Shown piece after piece: positions 27,583 to 37,128 of a stretch of DNA of 64,000 nucleotides. Each line of letters opens with the position of its first letter. The stretch's first letter is position 1. Source of the stretch: Verrucomicrobiota bacterium (GTDB lineage: Bacteria; Verrucomicrobiota; Verrucomicrobiia; Limisphaerales; AAA164-E04). Location of the stretch: positions 2,112,001 through 2,176,000 of the forward strand of contig CP170459.1 of assembly GCA_047947115.1 (NCBI GenBank), written 5' to 3'. A program made the translations under genes and the position numbers. The notes beneath the pieces were generated by a model that did not search any database, had not been told where the DNA came from, and saw nothing but the letters and a program-made list of their open reading frames with translations.

Positions 27583-28359
27583 TCAATTGGAAGCTTTCTT
27601 GAAAAAAAGAACGTGCTGCCTTGGAAGTCCTTCGAAAGTGCGAACCCATTCAAATCCCTGGTGCTCCGCTTCTTTTTGCACTTGGGCTTTGGACATTTTA
27701 TGGAGCAGCTTGATCGGGACACGTGGATCTTCCAAACGATATTCCACCCAGACAACCTGTCCGTTGGGTTTGAGTGCTTTTCGAATCGCAGTCATCATTT
27801 CGTGGGGATAGGAAAACTCGTGATAAACATCAACCATGAGCACCATGTCCAGCGAGGCTTCCGGAAGGTTGGGGGTTTGTTCCTGTCCCAGGATCATTTC
27901 CACGTTTTTGATGCCTTCCTCTTCCAGGTTGTTTTTCAGGATGGTCAGCATTTCGGGTTGGATGTCCACAGCCATCACCTTGCCGTCCTTGCCAACTTGC
28001 TTTGCCAGACGGCGCGTGAAGTATCCGCTGCCCGCGCCAATGTCCGCAACGGTTTGTCCGGGACGGATGCCCAGTGACTCGATCAATAAGTCGGGGCGTT
28101 CTTCGTGTTGACGTTCCGGACGTTCCAGCCAGTCGGCCCCGAGGTGTCCCATGACGTGTGAGATTTCGCGGCCTTGATAGGCTTTTCCGATGCCGTCACG
28201 GGAAGGGCGGGGGAGTTTGGTATATTGGGAGTTGGCAGGTTCGGAGGCTTCTTGCGCGCGGAGGCTTGGACCCCATGACAACAGGCAGATGGCAGCAACT
28301 AAAAGATGAAGATATGAGCTGTTTTCAAGGTGACCACGATGAAGGATTGATATTTTCAT
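27583..28359 (-). CDS. Class I SAM-dependent methyltransferase with signal peptide
   Basis: VADIGAGSGY motif I, AVDIQPEM, MVDVYHEF, LKPNG. Likely ATG at 28359. Confidence 0.88.
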   Translation of the reverse strand: MKISILHRGHLENSSYLHLLVAAICLLSWGPSLRAQEASEPANSQYTKLPRPSRDGIGKAYQGREISHVMGHLGADWLERPERQHEERPDLLIESLGIRPGQTVADIGAGSGYFTRRLAKQVGKDGKVMAVDIQPEMLTILKNNLEEEGIKNVEMILGQEQTPNLPEASLDMVLMVDVYHEFSYPHEMMTAIRKALKPNGQVVWVEYRLEDPRVPIKLLHKMSKAQVQKEAEHQGFEWVRTFEGLPRQHVLFFKKASN

Positions 28360-28718
28360 GAATGAAAGCGTGTGTTGAGTGTTGCATGAAATTGAACACA
28401 CTTGTTACGGAAGGCAAGCTTCAATCTAAAGGGCGAGGGCTGCTGCAGGTAGATTCCCGACATGATCGGGATCCCGGTCCGCCCTTGTGGCATTCTTATT
28501 TAAAATTGTCTTACGAGGGAAACCCTGATGTGTCGGAGCGCCTGTTCACTGTGCTTACGTTCCTTTGGGATTTGGGGCGTTGAAAATCGTAGGCTTCCCC
28601 AAACGGAAGTTTGTTTTGGACTGGGCAGCCACAAGAGACGCGCCAGGGACGGCACGATCTACCATGGAGGGCTGCTGTTAGATCGAATCTCTGAGATTCG
28701 TCCGGACATGTCTTGGTT

Positions 28719-29768
28719 TTATTTTTTTGTGCCGGTCAGGATACCGCAGTGGATCAGGGTGTCGCAGGGGCCAGTCACTTCCAGTCCGCAGGCTTCCATC
28801 CAGGAACGATATTCTCCTGCCGAGTAGGCACGGCCTTCGGTGAGGGTGAACAGGGCGGCCGAATAAAAGGCAATGGAGGCCGGGCCGTCGAGTGCGTCGT
28901 TTAGGAAGACGTCATGGACAATCAGGCGTCCGGCAGGTTCAAGCAGCCCGCTGTAGCAACGCATGAGGTTTTGGCATTCAGCCACGTCCCAGTCATGGAA
29001 GATATTGGAAAAGAGAAACGCATCAACTTTGGTATCCGGTTTCCACTCGAACATGTCGCCTTCCACCAGGTGCAATCGGTCTCTATGAGGGCTGGCGGCT
29101 GCCATTTCGCGCGCGATGTTCAGGACTTCAGGGAGGTCGACGAGGGTGACTTCCAGGTGCGGATTCTTTTCCAGCAGGGCGAGAGCATAGATTCCGGTGC
29201 CGCCGGCGACGTCGACCAGGTGGAAGACATTTTTCAGGTCCAGTTTTTCCGCCAGAGCCGGCGCGACATTACGTGCGCGACCTGCCAGGGAGAGGGTGAA
29301 GTGACGGGCAAGGGCTGTCTGTTCCATGGCGGATTTGACACCCGCACGATAAATGAAGGCGGCGCCTTGATGGTCGATATCTGCCGGCTGGTTGGTTTTG
29401 AGACGTTCCACCAAGTCCAGCACTTCCGGTGAATCTGCAGCCAGACCGAGGTAGTCTCCCACGTAAAAAGTTTTTTTTGAGTCGAGATGTTCGAGTGCCA
29501 TTTCAGTGGCCTGAAATCTTCCTTCGGAATCGCGCTGGACCATGTTCATGGCCTGGAGGGCGGTGAATAACACGACAAAGGGACGTGATTCCAACTGGAG
29601 GTGTTGCTTAAGGTCCTTTTCCGAAAACGGGCCTTGGGCCAATTGTTCGAATACTCCGAAATGCGCCACCGCTGCGGTGAGCAGGTTGGAACCGTAACGC
29701 CAGCGAAACGCCTCAAAGATCGGGGTTGGATCGGTGATTGGTGATGGTTGGTTCGTGTTATTGCTCAT
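28719..29768 (-). CDS. O-methyltransferase (Methyltransf_2 family with dimerisation domain)
   Basis: LVDVAGGTG, LVDLPEV, GDMF, FSNIFHDW, EGRAYS. Confidence 0.9.
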   Translation of the reverse strand: MSNNTNQPSPITDPTPIFEAFRWRYGSNLLTAAVAHFGVFEQLAQGPFSEKDLKQHLQLESRPFVVLFTALQAMNMVQRDSEGRFQATEMALEHLDSKKTFYVGDYLGLAADSPEVLDLVERLKTNQPADIDHQGAAFIYRAGVKSAMEQTALARHFTLSLAGRARNVAPALAEKLDLKNVFHLVDVAGGTGIYALALLEKNPHLEVTLVDLPEVLNIAREMAAASPHRDRLHLVEGDMFEWKPDTKVDAFLFSNIFHDWDVAECQNLMRCYSGLLEPAGRLIVHDVFLNDALDGPASIAFYSAALFTLTEGRAYSAGEYRSWMEACGLEVTGPCDTLIHCGILTGTKK

Positions 29769-29867
29769 TGGGATTGGAGTCTAATCAAGGTGGTGATCCT
29801 TGGGTAGTTTTTTGGGGTTAAATAATGTTGTCAGACTTTCGGCATTCATGAATGGTCTCCAGTGCTT

Positions 29868-30551
29868 ATGGCAACGCAGACTATCAAGGGTATTATTTTT
29901 GATCTGGACGGAACATTGATCGATTCGCTGGCGGACATTGCGACGGCGGCGAACAGTGTGTTGGAGAAATTTGGTTTTCAACCGCATCCGGTCGAGGCAT
30001 ACAAGACGTTTGTGGGTGACGGTGTGAATGTCCTGATGGAGCGTATAGTGCCGGGGCAAGAGATCACGGATGAGTTTCGCATGAAATTCCTGATGGCATG
30101 GAAGGATGCCTATGCTGTTCAATGGAAGATTCAAACCCGACCCTATGATGGCATTCCTGAAGTGGTCGCCGGTTTGAAGGAGGGCGGGTTTAAAATAGGT
30201 GTGCTCTCGAACAAACCCCAGGAATTTACTCAGGCATGTGTGGCTGAATTTTTCCAGTCTGGCGATATGGATCCGGTTTGGGGGCTTTGTGACGATCGTC
30301 CCAAGAAACCCGACCCCAAAGGGGCTTTGGCAATGGCTGCCTCTTGGAAGATGAAGCCTGAGGAAATACTCTACATTGGGGATACCAATACTGATATGCA
30401 GACCGCGGTCAATGCCGGGATGTGGCCTTTGGGGGTGTCCTGGGGATTTCGTCCACGTACTGAGCTTGAGTCCTGCGGAGCGAAAGCGGTGGTCGATCAT
30501 CCTTCGGAAATTCTGTCGCTTTTGGGGAGGCTTTCAAAACAGCAGAGTTGA
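29868..30551 (+). CDS. gph: HAD-family hydrolase, phosphoglycolate phosphatase-like
   Basis: FDLDGTLIDS, SNKP, KKPDP, YIGDTNTD, GVSWGFR. Confidence 0.8.
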   Translation: MATQTIKGIIFDLDGTLIDSLADIATAANSVLEKFGFQPHPVEAYKTFVGDGVNVLMERIVPGQEITDEFRMKFLMAWKDAYAVQWKIQTRPYDGIPEVVAGLKEGGFKIGVLSNKPQEFTQACVAEFFQSGDMDPVWGLCDDRPKKPDPKGALAMAASWKMKPEEILYIGDTNTDMQTAVNAGMWPLGVSWGFRPRTELESCGAKAVVDHPSEILSLLGRLSKQQS

Positions 30552-30664
30552 CAATGGAGTGTGATCTTGATTTGAATCGCGCACATTTCCGGTAATTGAA
30601 TTGATTAGGGAAAGCCATACTTTCAATCAAAACCTTGAAGCGAGCATGAAAAATGCTTAGGTAA

Positions 30665-31702
30665 ATGAACGTGTCCACAGAAGAAACCAAAGAACGCAAG
30701 CCGCTGAAAATGGTGCAGTGCGCAGGATGCGGAGCCAACCTGTTCATACCAGGTGATCTGGAGCCGTTGACCACAACGCCTTGCAGCAAATGCGAATACC
30801 CCATCATGATGCCCATGATGTTGCGTCAGTTCAACTTGCTGCGCCCCATCGCCGAGGGCGGGATGGGGGTGGTTTATCGTGCCTTTGACACATCCCTCGA
30901 GCGGGAAGTGGCGGTCAAGCTCATGAAAGCCGAGTTGGCCGAAGACAAGGAGGTTCTCGAAAGTTTTTATCGTGAAGCGCGTGCCTGTGCCTGTCTGAAC
31001 CATAGTAACATCATTCACATCTATACCTTTGATGAGCTCAACGGGATGCGTTATCTGGTGATGGAAGTCGCAGACAACGGGAGCTTGGATGGTCGCATTG
31101 AAGAACAAGGTGTTCTGGACGAGCTGCTGGTTCTGGATGTAGGGATCAAGATGGCATCTGCGCTTGAATCCGCTCTGGCTAAAAATCTGTTGCACCGCGA
31201 TCTAAAGCCCTCGAACATCCTGTTCAACATGGAGAATGAACCCAAGCTGGTCGATTTCGGGCTCGCAGTCAATGCCGATGCGGATCAGAACTTCCATGGA
31301 GCCGTTTGGGGCACTCCCTATTACATTGCCCCTGAAAAGGTGAACCGTGAAGGGGAGACCTTTCTTTCCGACATGTACAGCTTGGCTGGAACCCTCTATC
31401 ACGCTCTGACGGGACATGTTCCGTTTGAAGCTCCGACAATTGAGGAAGTGGTTGCCGCCCATGTGCATACGCAGTTGACGCCTCCTAATCATGTGGTTCC
31501 GTCCATCACGCAGCCTACCTCGGATGCCATTTATCGAGCCATGGCCAAAGAACCTCCCCACCGCTTTCAAAGTTATGGAGAGTTTATCATGGCACTGGAA
31601 AACGCGCGTAGTCAGTTGTTGGTGAATCAGTTGAGAGCCAATAATGCCCCAGCTGCTCCCCCTGCCGGGACAAGTGGTGGTAAAGGTTGGTGGAGGCGTT
31701 AG
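30665..31702 (+). CDS. Hanks-type Ser/Thr protein kinase with N-terminal Zn-ribbon, cytoplasmic
   Basis: CAGC...CSKC; AEGGMGVVY, VAVK, HRDLKPSN, DFG, GTPYYIAPE. Confidence 0.93.
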   Translation: MNVSTEETKERKPLKMVQCAGCGANLFIPGDLEPLTTTPCSKCEYPIMMPMMLRQFNLLRPIAEGGMGVVYRAFDTSLEREVAVKLMKAELAEDKEVLESFYREARACACLNHSNIIHIYTFDELNGMRYLVMEVADNGSLDGRIEEQGVLDELLVLDVGIKMASALESALAKNLLHRDLKPSNILFNMENEPKLVDFGLAVNADADQNFHGAVWGTPYYIAPEKVNREGETFLSDMYSLAGTLYHALTGHVPFEAPTIEEVVAAHVHTQLTPPNHVVPSITQPTSDAIYRAMAKEPPHRFQSYGEFIMALENARSQLLVNQLRANNAPAAPPAGTSGGKGWWRR

Positions 31703-31829
31703 GGATTCTCCTCCATTTGTTGAGCTTGATGTTGCACAATTGTGACAGCTCGAACGGATTCAGGGTTTGCACTCTGGAGCGTCAGACGCTAGGCTGAAGC
31801 CATTAGAGTCCAAACCGATATCCACAGAC

Positions 31830-34793
31830 ATGAAGGTTTTTCATCAAAAGTTGTCCATGCGCCTGTCTCTTGTCATCGCAGGAGTCCTCTTACCGCTTCT
31901 TCCGGTGAAATCTGCTTCGCTCGATGAGGGGACGGTACGAGCCCATTGGCTTTTCGCTTCCCATCGTCAGCAGGGGCAAAAGATGTTGCCGATCCAGGGC
32001 GGTCCGCGACCCATCTTTCGCGGGCAGGTTCGTTTTGAAACGGATCCTTTGCCGCCGCGGGTTGAGTTGACAGGCAATGGAGAACGGTTGGTGCTGGCAG
32101 AAAAAATCGAGGATGCCAGCCTGCCCGAAGGTTCGTTCTCCGTCGAAACATGGCTGAAGATCAACGAACTTTCGCCCAAGGCTGGAATTATTGGCGCGGT
32201 GCAGGACGATGCTTCTGCCAAGGCGGGTTGGATTCTGGGGCACCGAAATGAACACTTCTTTTTCGGTCTCGCCTCTGAAAAAGGGCAGGGCATGACCTAC
32301 ATTCAAAGCAAAGCTCCCTTCATGGTGGGTAAATGGCATCATGTTGTAGCGAGTTTTTCCGGAGATCGGATGGAACTATGGTTGGATGGAAATCAGGTTG
32401 CCCAGTCTGATGCTCAGAATGGGAAGGTTCGGTATCCTGAAAACCTGACTTACGAAATAGGAGCTTTTCATGATGCCGACGAGCACCATGCGCTGGTGGG
32501 AGCCATTCATGAAATTTACTTGTTGGATGGTGCGATGGGTAGTGGATTGATTCAGGCGCGTTACCGTGACAAGAGAGACTACTTTCCAAAGCCAGGTCCC
32601 GATCCGGTGATCATGCCTGTTGCTTATGGACCCTTTATTGATTGGCAGGGAAAAGAGAAGGTCCGCATTTCATGGGAAGTGGATGCATCCATGCCTACTC
32701 GGATTGATCTGATGGGGCCCGAAGGCGAATTCAGACAATTTTCGGTGCCAATGGATTCCAGGAAACATGAAGTCGTGTTTGATCAGTTGCAACGTGATGC
32801 GGAATATCAATTCCGTATTCATGGTCCTGATGCAGGTGAGCGTGCCCAGTTCACCAAGCTTTATGAGTTTGATACTTCCTTTTACTACGCTCCGTTTCAA
32901 ACTTCCAATCCGGAGGCAGGTTCCGAATTGGCCCAAACTTTTTCAAAATATGAATCCAGCATGTCCGGACTTTTGAATGCGACCGGACGCGAACGCGGTT
33001 TTGGTTTGATTCTGGGAGCTGGTGACAGGGAGCAAAGCATGGCTTTTGCGCTGGCTCATTTGAGTGAATACAAGTTGGTTTTGGTGGACCCTTCCGAAAA
33101 AAAGGTTCAGTCCGCTCGACAAGCATTGGACGAAGCCGGAGTTTATGGTGAGCGGGTAACGGTGCATCAGGGTGATTACTCATCTCTTCCCTATGGAACC
33201 TTTTTTGCCAATTTGATCCTGGTTCCCGATGCGGCTTTGGTAACAAAGGATCAGGCGGGCGATCTGAACTGGCTGAAACGCATGGTTCGCCCCGCTGGAG
33301 GAACCATCTGTGTGGCGGTGACTGCGGATACTCCGTTTTCTGAAGTCAAAAGTGTCTCGGATGCGCTTTCAGATTTTCAAGTGAATGTGCGTAAGGGCGC
33401 GGAACAATCTTGGGTAATGGCCAAACGTGGTGAATTGGTCGGAGCAGGTGAGTGGAGTCATCAGTACGGCGGTGCGGATAATTCCTCCTGCAGTCAGGAT
33501 GCTCTGGTTCATGGCGAACTGGGAGTCTTGTGGTGGGGGGATCCGGGTCCTCGTCCGATGCCGGATCGTGGTCCTCGCAATCCGGCGCCGGTGTCTGTCA
33601 ATGGCCGGTTATTCATTCAGGGGGATCGCACATTGTTCGGAGTGGACTCCTACAACGGAACCATCCTGTGGAACTATTTCAGTCCTGAAATGCGTCGCTC
33701 GAACATGCCCCGTGATTGCAGTAACATGATCGGTACGCATGATTACCTTTATATTGCTCAGGGACGCTATTGTATTGGGATTGAAGGGGACACCGGGGAA
33801 CGAAAACTGCGTTTTGAAGTGATGCGCCCGGAAGGTTCCCCGCAAGTGGACTGGGGGTACATGGCCACGGTGAAGGATATGCTGATCGGGAGCAGTGTGA
33901 AATCAGGCGGCGGTTATCTTGGTGACGACGGTGAGTGGTTTGAAGAATACCATCCGGAAGACGTCAGCCGTGTGGTGAGCAATGGTTTGTTCGGACTCAA
34001 CCGTCACTCCGGTGAACAAGTTTGGAGTTATCAGGGCGGGGCCATTATCAATTCCACGATCACCATAGGAAACGGGGAGATCTATTTTCTGGAAAGCCTG
34101 AACCCGGAAGCGATGGCCTCGACCTCCGGAAGGTTGGAGCCTGAGGTTCTGACCGAGGTGCGGCTGGTTTGTCTGGATTTGGAAAGTGGTCAACAACAGT
34201 GGGAGCGGGTGCATGACTTCAGCTCCTGTCAATTCATGACCTACATGAGTTTCAGCAACGACACCTTGGTGGTCACTGGAGCTGACAAAAACAAGCACTA
34301 TCACACCTTTGCATTCAACACTGCCACGCAAGAGGTAAAAGGTGATTTGAATCAAGCGCCGATGGCTGCCGGATCGTTGTTGTGGGAGGAAAGTCACGAG
34401 GCCGGAAAGAATCATCATAGCGGTCATTTGCAGCATCCCGTGGTCATTGGGGACACGTTCTATTCCGACCAAAGGGCCTTCAGTTTAAGGGATGGTAAAC
34501 TGCTTCGGACTGATCTCCCCGAGCGTCGTGGTTGCGGTACGATGTCAGCGGCGTTGAACAGTATTTTTTACCGTCATTATTATCATGGACAATGGGATCT
34601 GGAAACTGACAAACGGGTGCAGTTCGAGGGGCTCCGAAGTGGTTGCTGGCTGGGGATGATTCCGGCCGGTGGACTGTTGCTGGCCCCGGAAGCCAGCGCC
34701 GGATGCTCCTGTGCCAATGCGATTCAGACATCTGTCGGCTATGTGCCCAAGCACCTTGATCCCGCCGGATTTACGAAGACACAGATTCCTTGA
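31830..34793 (+). CDS. Secreted LamG + FN3-like + methyltransferase-like + PQQ-type beta-propeller (BamB-like) protein
   Basis: LamG (WHHVVASF); degenerate SAM fold (LILGAGD...VRPAGG); GEWSHQYGGADN, VDSYNGTILW and C-terminal RSGCW...GCSC. Likely ATG at 31830. Confidence 0.8.
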   Translation: MKVFHQKLSMRLSLVIAGVLLPLLPVKSASLDEGTVRAHWLFASHRQQGQKMLPIQGGPRPIFRGQVRFETDPLPPRVELTGNGERLVLAEKIEDASLPEGSFSVETWLKINELSPKAGIIGAVQDDASAKAGWILGHRNEHFFFGLASEKGQGMTYIQSKAPFMVGKWHHVVASFSGDRMELWLDGNQVAQSDAQNGKVRYPENLTYEIGAFHDADEHHALVGAIHEIYLLDGAMGSGLIQARYRDKRDYFPKPGPDPVIMPVAYGPFIDWQGKEKVRISWEVDASMPTRIDLMGPEGEFRQFSVPMDSRKHEVVFDQLQRDAEYQFRIHGPDAGERAQFTKLYEFDTSFYYAPFQTSNPEAGSELAQTFSKYESSMSGLLNATGRERGFGLILGAGDREQSMAFALAHLSEYKLVLVDPSEKKVQSARQALDEAGVYGERVTVHQGDYSSLPYGTFFANLILVPDAALVTKDQAGDLNWLKRMVRPAGGTICVAVTADTPFSEVKSVSDALSDFQVNVRKGAEQSWVMAKRGELVGAGEWSHQYGGADNSSCSQDALVHGELGVLWWGDPGPRPMPDRGPRNPAPVSVNGRLFIQGDRTLFGVDSYNGTILWNYFSPEMRRSNMPRDCSNMIGTHDYLYIAQGRYCIGIEGDTGERKLRFEVMRPEGSPQVDWGYMATVKDMLIGSSVKSGGGYLGDDGEWFEEYHPEDVSRVVSNGLFGLNRHSGEQVWSYQGGAIINSTITIGNGEIYFLESLNPEAMASTSGRLEPEVLTEVRLVCLDLESGQQQWERVHDFSSCQFMTYMSFSNDTLVVTGADKNKHYHTFAFNTATQEVKGDLNQAPMAAGSLLWEESHEAGKNHHSGHLQHPVVIGDTFYSDQRAFSLRDGKLLRTDLPERRGCGTMSAALNSIFYRHYYHGQWDLETDKRVQFEGLRSGCWLGMIPAGGLLLAPEASAGCSCANAIQTSVGYVPKHLDPAGFTKTQIP

Positions 34794-35305
34794 TAGTGAC
34801 CGTGAGCAACATCCCGCCACCAGATTCATATTTTCTGTCCAGCGCCGAGGGGTGGCTGTTGTTGGGAAATCCCATCGAAGCTCTCGGGGAGTTGGATAAA
34901 ATCAAACCGGCCATGCGGGTGCGTCCGGAGTATTCGGAGCTCAAATGGCGGATCTTTGCCGATACCAAGCAATGGGACGAAGCTTTGGAACTGGCCGAGG
35001 GGATGGTGAGGGAATTGCCGGATCATTCCGGTGGATATATCCTGCGGTCCTATGCTCTTAGAAGAGCCGCCAAGGGCTCCGTCAAAAAAGCAACCACCGC
35101 GTTGCTGGAAGCGGCGGCCAAGTTTCCAAAGGAACCGATCATTCCATATAACCTGGCCTGCTATGCCTGCCAGTCCGGCGACCTTCCTCAAGCCAGAAAA
35201 TTCTTTCGCATGGCGTTGGAAATTGGAGATCGAAAGGAACTTCTGAAGATGGCCAGCATGGATAACGATCTCGAACTGCTCTGGAGTGAATTAAAATACC
35301 TGTAA
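34790..35305 (+). CDS. TPR-repeat protein
   Basis: AEGWLLLGN..EAL.EL, EPIIPYNLACYACQ, MASMDNDLELLW; overlaps the upstream stop. Confidence 0.8.
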   Translation: MIVTVSNIPPPDSYFLSSAEGWLLLGNPIEALGELDKIKPAMRVRPEYSELKWRIFADTKQWDEALELAEGMVRELPDHSGGYILRSYALRRAAKGSVKKATTALLEAAAKFPKEPIIPYNLACYACQSGDLPQARKFFRMALEIGDRKELLKMASMDNDLELLWSELKYL

Positions 35306-35319
35306 GCGCATTGGGGATC

Positions 35320-36411
35320 TTAATTTGAAAGAGCCTTCCAACTATCCGGGAAAACGCGTTGAATGTTTCTGCGGTAGATTTTATCAATGACCGTTCGCGG
35401 TAGTTTGAGTCCTTTCACCGGCATATCGAGCACAGGGACGGTTTGCTCCTCATCCGTGCAAAGGTATGTCCAGTCGGATATCCAACGTTGTTGCATCTGG
35501 TAATAGGCTGCTTTTGCCTGCCCGGGAGCTGTCACTCCTCCGTCTGTTCCATAAACGATGCGGTCCTGGTATTTGACGAAAAAGTCTCGGACGCGTTGAA
35601 GGTCTTGATTGGATTGATACTGGATCTGTCCCATGCGAGCAGCTGTGTCGACCACCGCGTTGGGATACTTGTCCAGAAACTTGCCCAACTCCTCGACACT
35701 CCATTCCAGACTCCCGAAGTGTGCCCCGATGAACAATAGATTGGGGTGTTTGTCCAGCATGCGGTTGCGTGCGTTGATCTGATCTTCGTAGGAAGGCATC
35801 TCGGGGTGGAGATACATGTGGTATTTGGGATTGCGTTGGAAATAATTCCGATCGTTTTTGACGGTCATTTCGTCCAGTGGCAACCAGCAGTTTTTGGGTT
35901 CTCCCAGATGCCCCATCAAGCGAATGCTCTTTTGTTCAAGATAATCAAACACCGGATCGAATTGAGGATCATCAATCATGACCAATTTGCCGTCCTTGTC
36001 CCGAAACTCCATGCCAATGTCCTTCCAAACCTTGACGGCAACGGCGCCATTTCTAAAAGTGGCCTCCAGGTATTGGATCGTTTTTTCAATCCAGTCCACA
36101 TCATCCCACCCTTCAAGCGGAAACGCGGAAGCCACTTCCACCCGTCCGGGATGTACCGATTTTTGTGCGAAAGAAGCCTGGTGTTTTTGTTTCAGTTCCG
36201 TGGAGTCGGCAGTGTGCACCACGACGTTCAGGAATTTGAATCGATCCTGCGCCGCCAGCTCGACGAATTTGGGTTCAACCGTGCGGATGTGGAAGTGGGA
36301 ATCAAATTTCTCCACATGATCATAGTCCTCCACGGAGTAATAAGCCTCCTGTGCGTTCATCGCCGTAGCACAGACCAAGACGGTCCAAAAGGTCGTTAAC
36401 AGAGTTCTCAT
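35320..36411 (-). CDS. Amidohydrolase_2 family metal-dependent hydrolase (secreted)
   Basis: DSHFH (HxH), AVAVKVWK, GAHFGS, RIVYGTD; signal peptide from ATG 36411. Confidence 0.85.
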   Translation of the reverse strand: MRTLLTTFWTVLVCATAMNAQEAYYSVEDYDHVEKFDSHFHIRTVEPKFVELAAQDRFKFLNVVVHTADSTELKQKHQASFAQKSVHPGRVEVASAFPLEGWDDVDWIEKTIQYLEATFRNGAVAVKVWKDIGMEFRDKDGKLVMIDDPQFDPVFDYLEQKSIRLMGHLGEPKNCWLPLDEMTVKNDRNYFQRNPKYHMYLHPEMPSYEDQINARNRMLDKHPNLLFIGAHFGSLEWSVEELGKFLDKYPNAVVDTAARMGQIQYQSNQDLQRVRDFFVKYQDRIVYGTDGGVTAPGQAKAAYYQMQQRWISDWTYLCTDEEQTVPVLDMPVKGLKLPRTVIDKIYRRNIQRVFPDSWKALSN

Positions 36412-36519
36412 GATTTCCAATCCTATCGGTCCAGATTGCAGGTCGGAAGGTTTAAATAACCGGGCGGTGGTGTTTTTTTGAGTATTGAATTTGCACAAAA
36501 TGATTGATACAGTCGGTCT

Positions 36520-36741
36520 ATGAATTGGGAAGACTGCCATGCAGTGGAATCAAGCCCCGACAAAATGGGGGGGGCGGTCGTTTTCGTGGGGACACGCATT
36601 CCCGTGTCGACTCTTTTTGAGAATTTCAAAGCAGGAGCGACTATAGATGAATTCCTTGATTGGTTTCCGGGGTCTGACAGAGGACAAATAGAAGCCGTTT
36701 TGAATTTTTTGGCCGGATCCGAACCTCAGTGCGCTGCATGA
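36520..36741 (+). CDS. DUF433 family antitoxin
   Basis: PDKMGGAVVFVGTRIPV..LFE....GATIDEFLDWFP. Confidence 0.9.
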   Translation: MNWEDCHAVESSPDKMGGAVVFVGTRIPVSTLFENFKAGATIDEFLDWFPGSDRGQIEAVLNFLAGSEPQCAA

Positions 36742-37049
36742 GGATACTTTTTGACCAAGGAACGTCATAACCTCTTAGCAAATTCCTGCCACAAGGTTCG
36801 GTGAAGACTGCCGCATGGCATGGCTGGAGCGGTCTGTCCAATGGCGATCTGATCGCAGCTGCGGAAGAGGCTGGGTATGATGTGTTGGTCACGACTGATA
36901 GGAATTTAAGGTATCAACAAAACCTCGCGTATTGAAAAATCGCCATTGCGGTCGTTCTTCAACCGGCATGGCCAATTTTAAAAATGCGCGCCACAGAGGT
37001 AGCGAAATTTATTTTGTCGATGAATAGTGGCAAATACATCGAAATTTGA
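36738..37049 (+). pseudogene. DUF5615/PIN-like toxin pseudogene with two in-frame stops; missing from the ORF track
   Basis: ATGA-coupled to DUF433. Translates MRILFDQGTS*PLSKFL...GWSGLSNGDLIAAAEEAGYDVLVTTDRNLRYQQNLAY*KIAIAVV...YIEI*, with stops at 36768-36770 and 36933-36935. Confidence 0.88.
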
Positions 37050-37128
37050 ACATTTGAATATTCATTGAGCTTTATAGGGCTGGATCTTTCAAATTGAATT
37101 TTAGCGGATTCGAACCCACTATTTCCGC

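Noticed and set aside
28684..28700. Palindrome CGAATCTC-T-GAGATTCG downstream of the O-methyltransferase
   Set aside because: Single occurrence without a U-tract; cannot distinguish operator, terminator or chance.
37104..37128. GGATTCGAACCC, the reverse complement of a tRNA T-arm
   Set aside because: No acceptor, D or anticodon arms can be built around it; not a tRNA.
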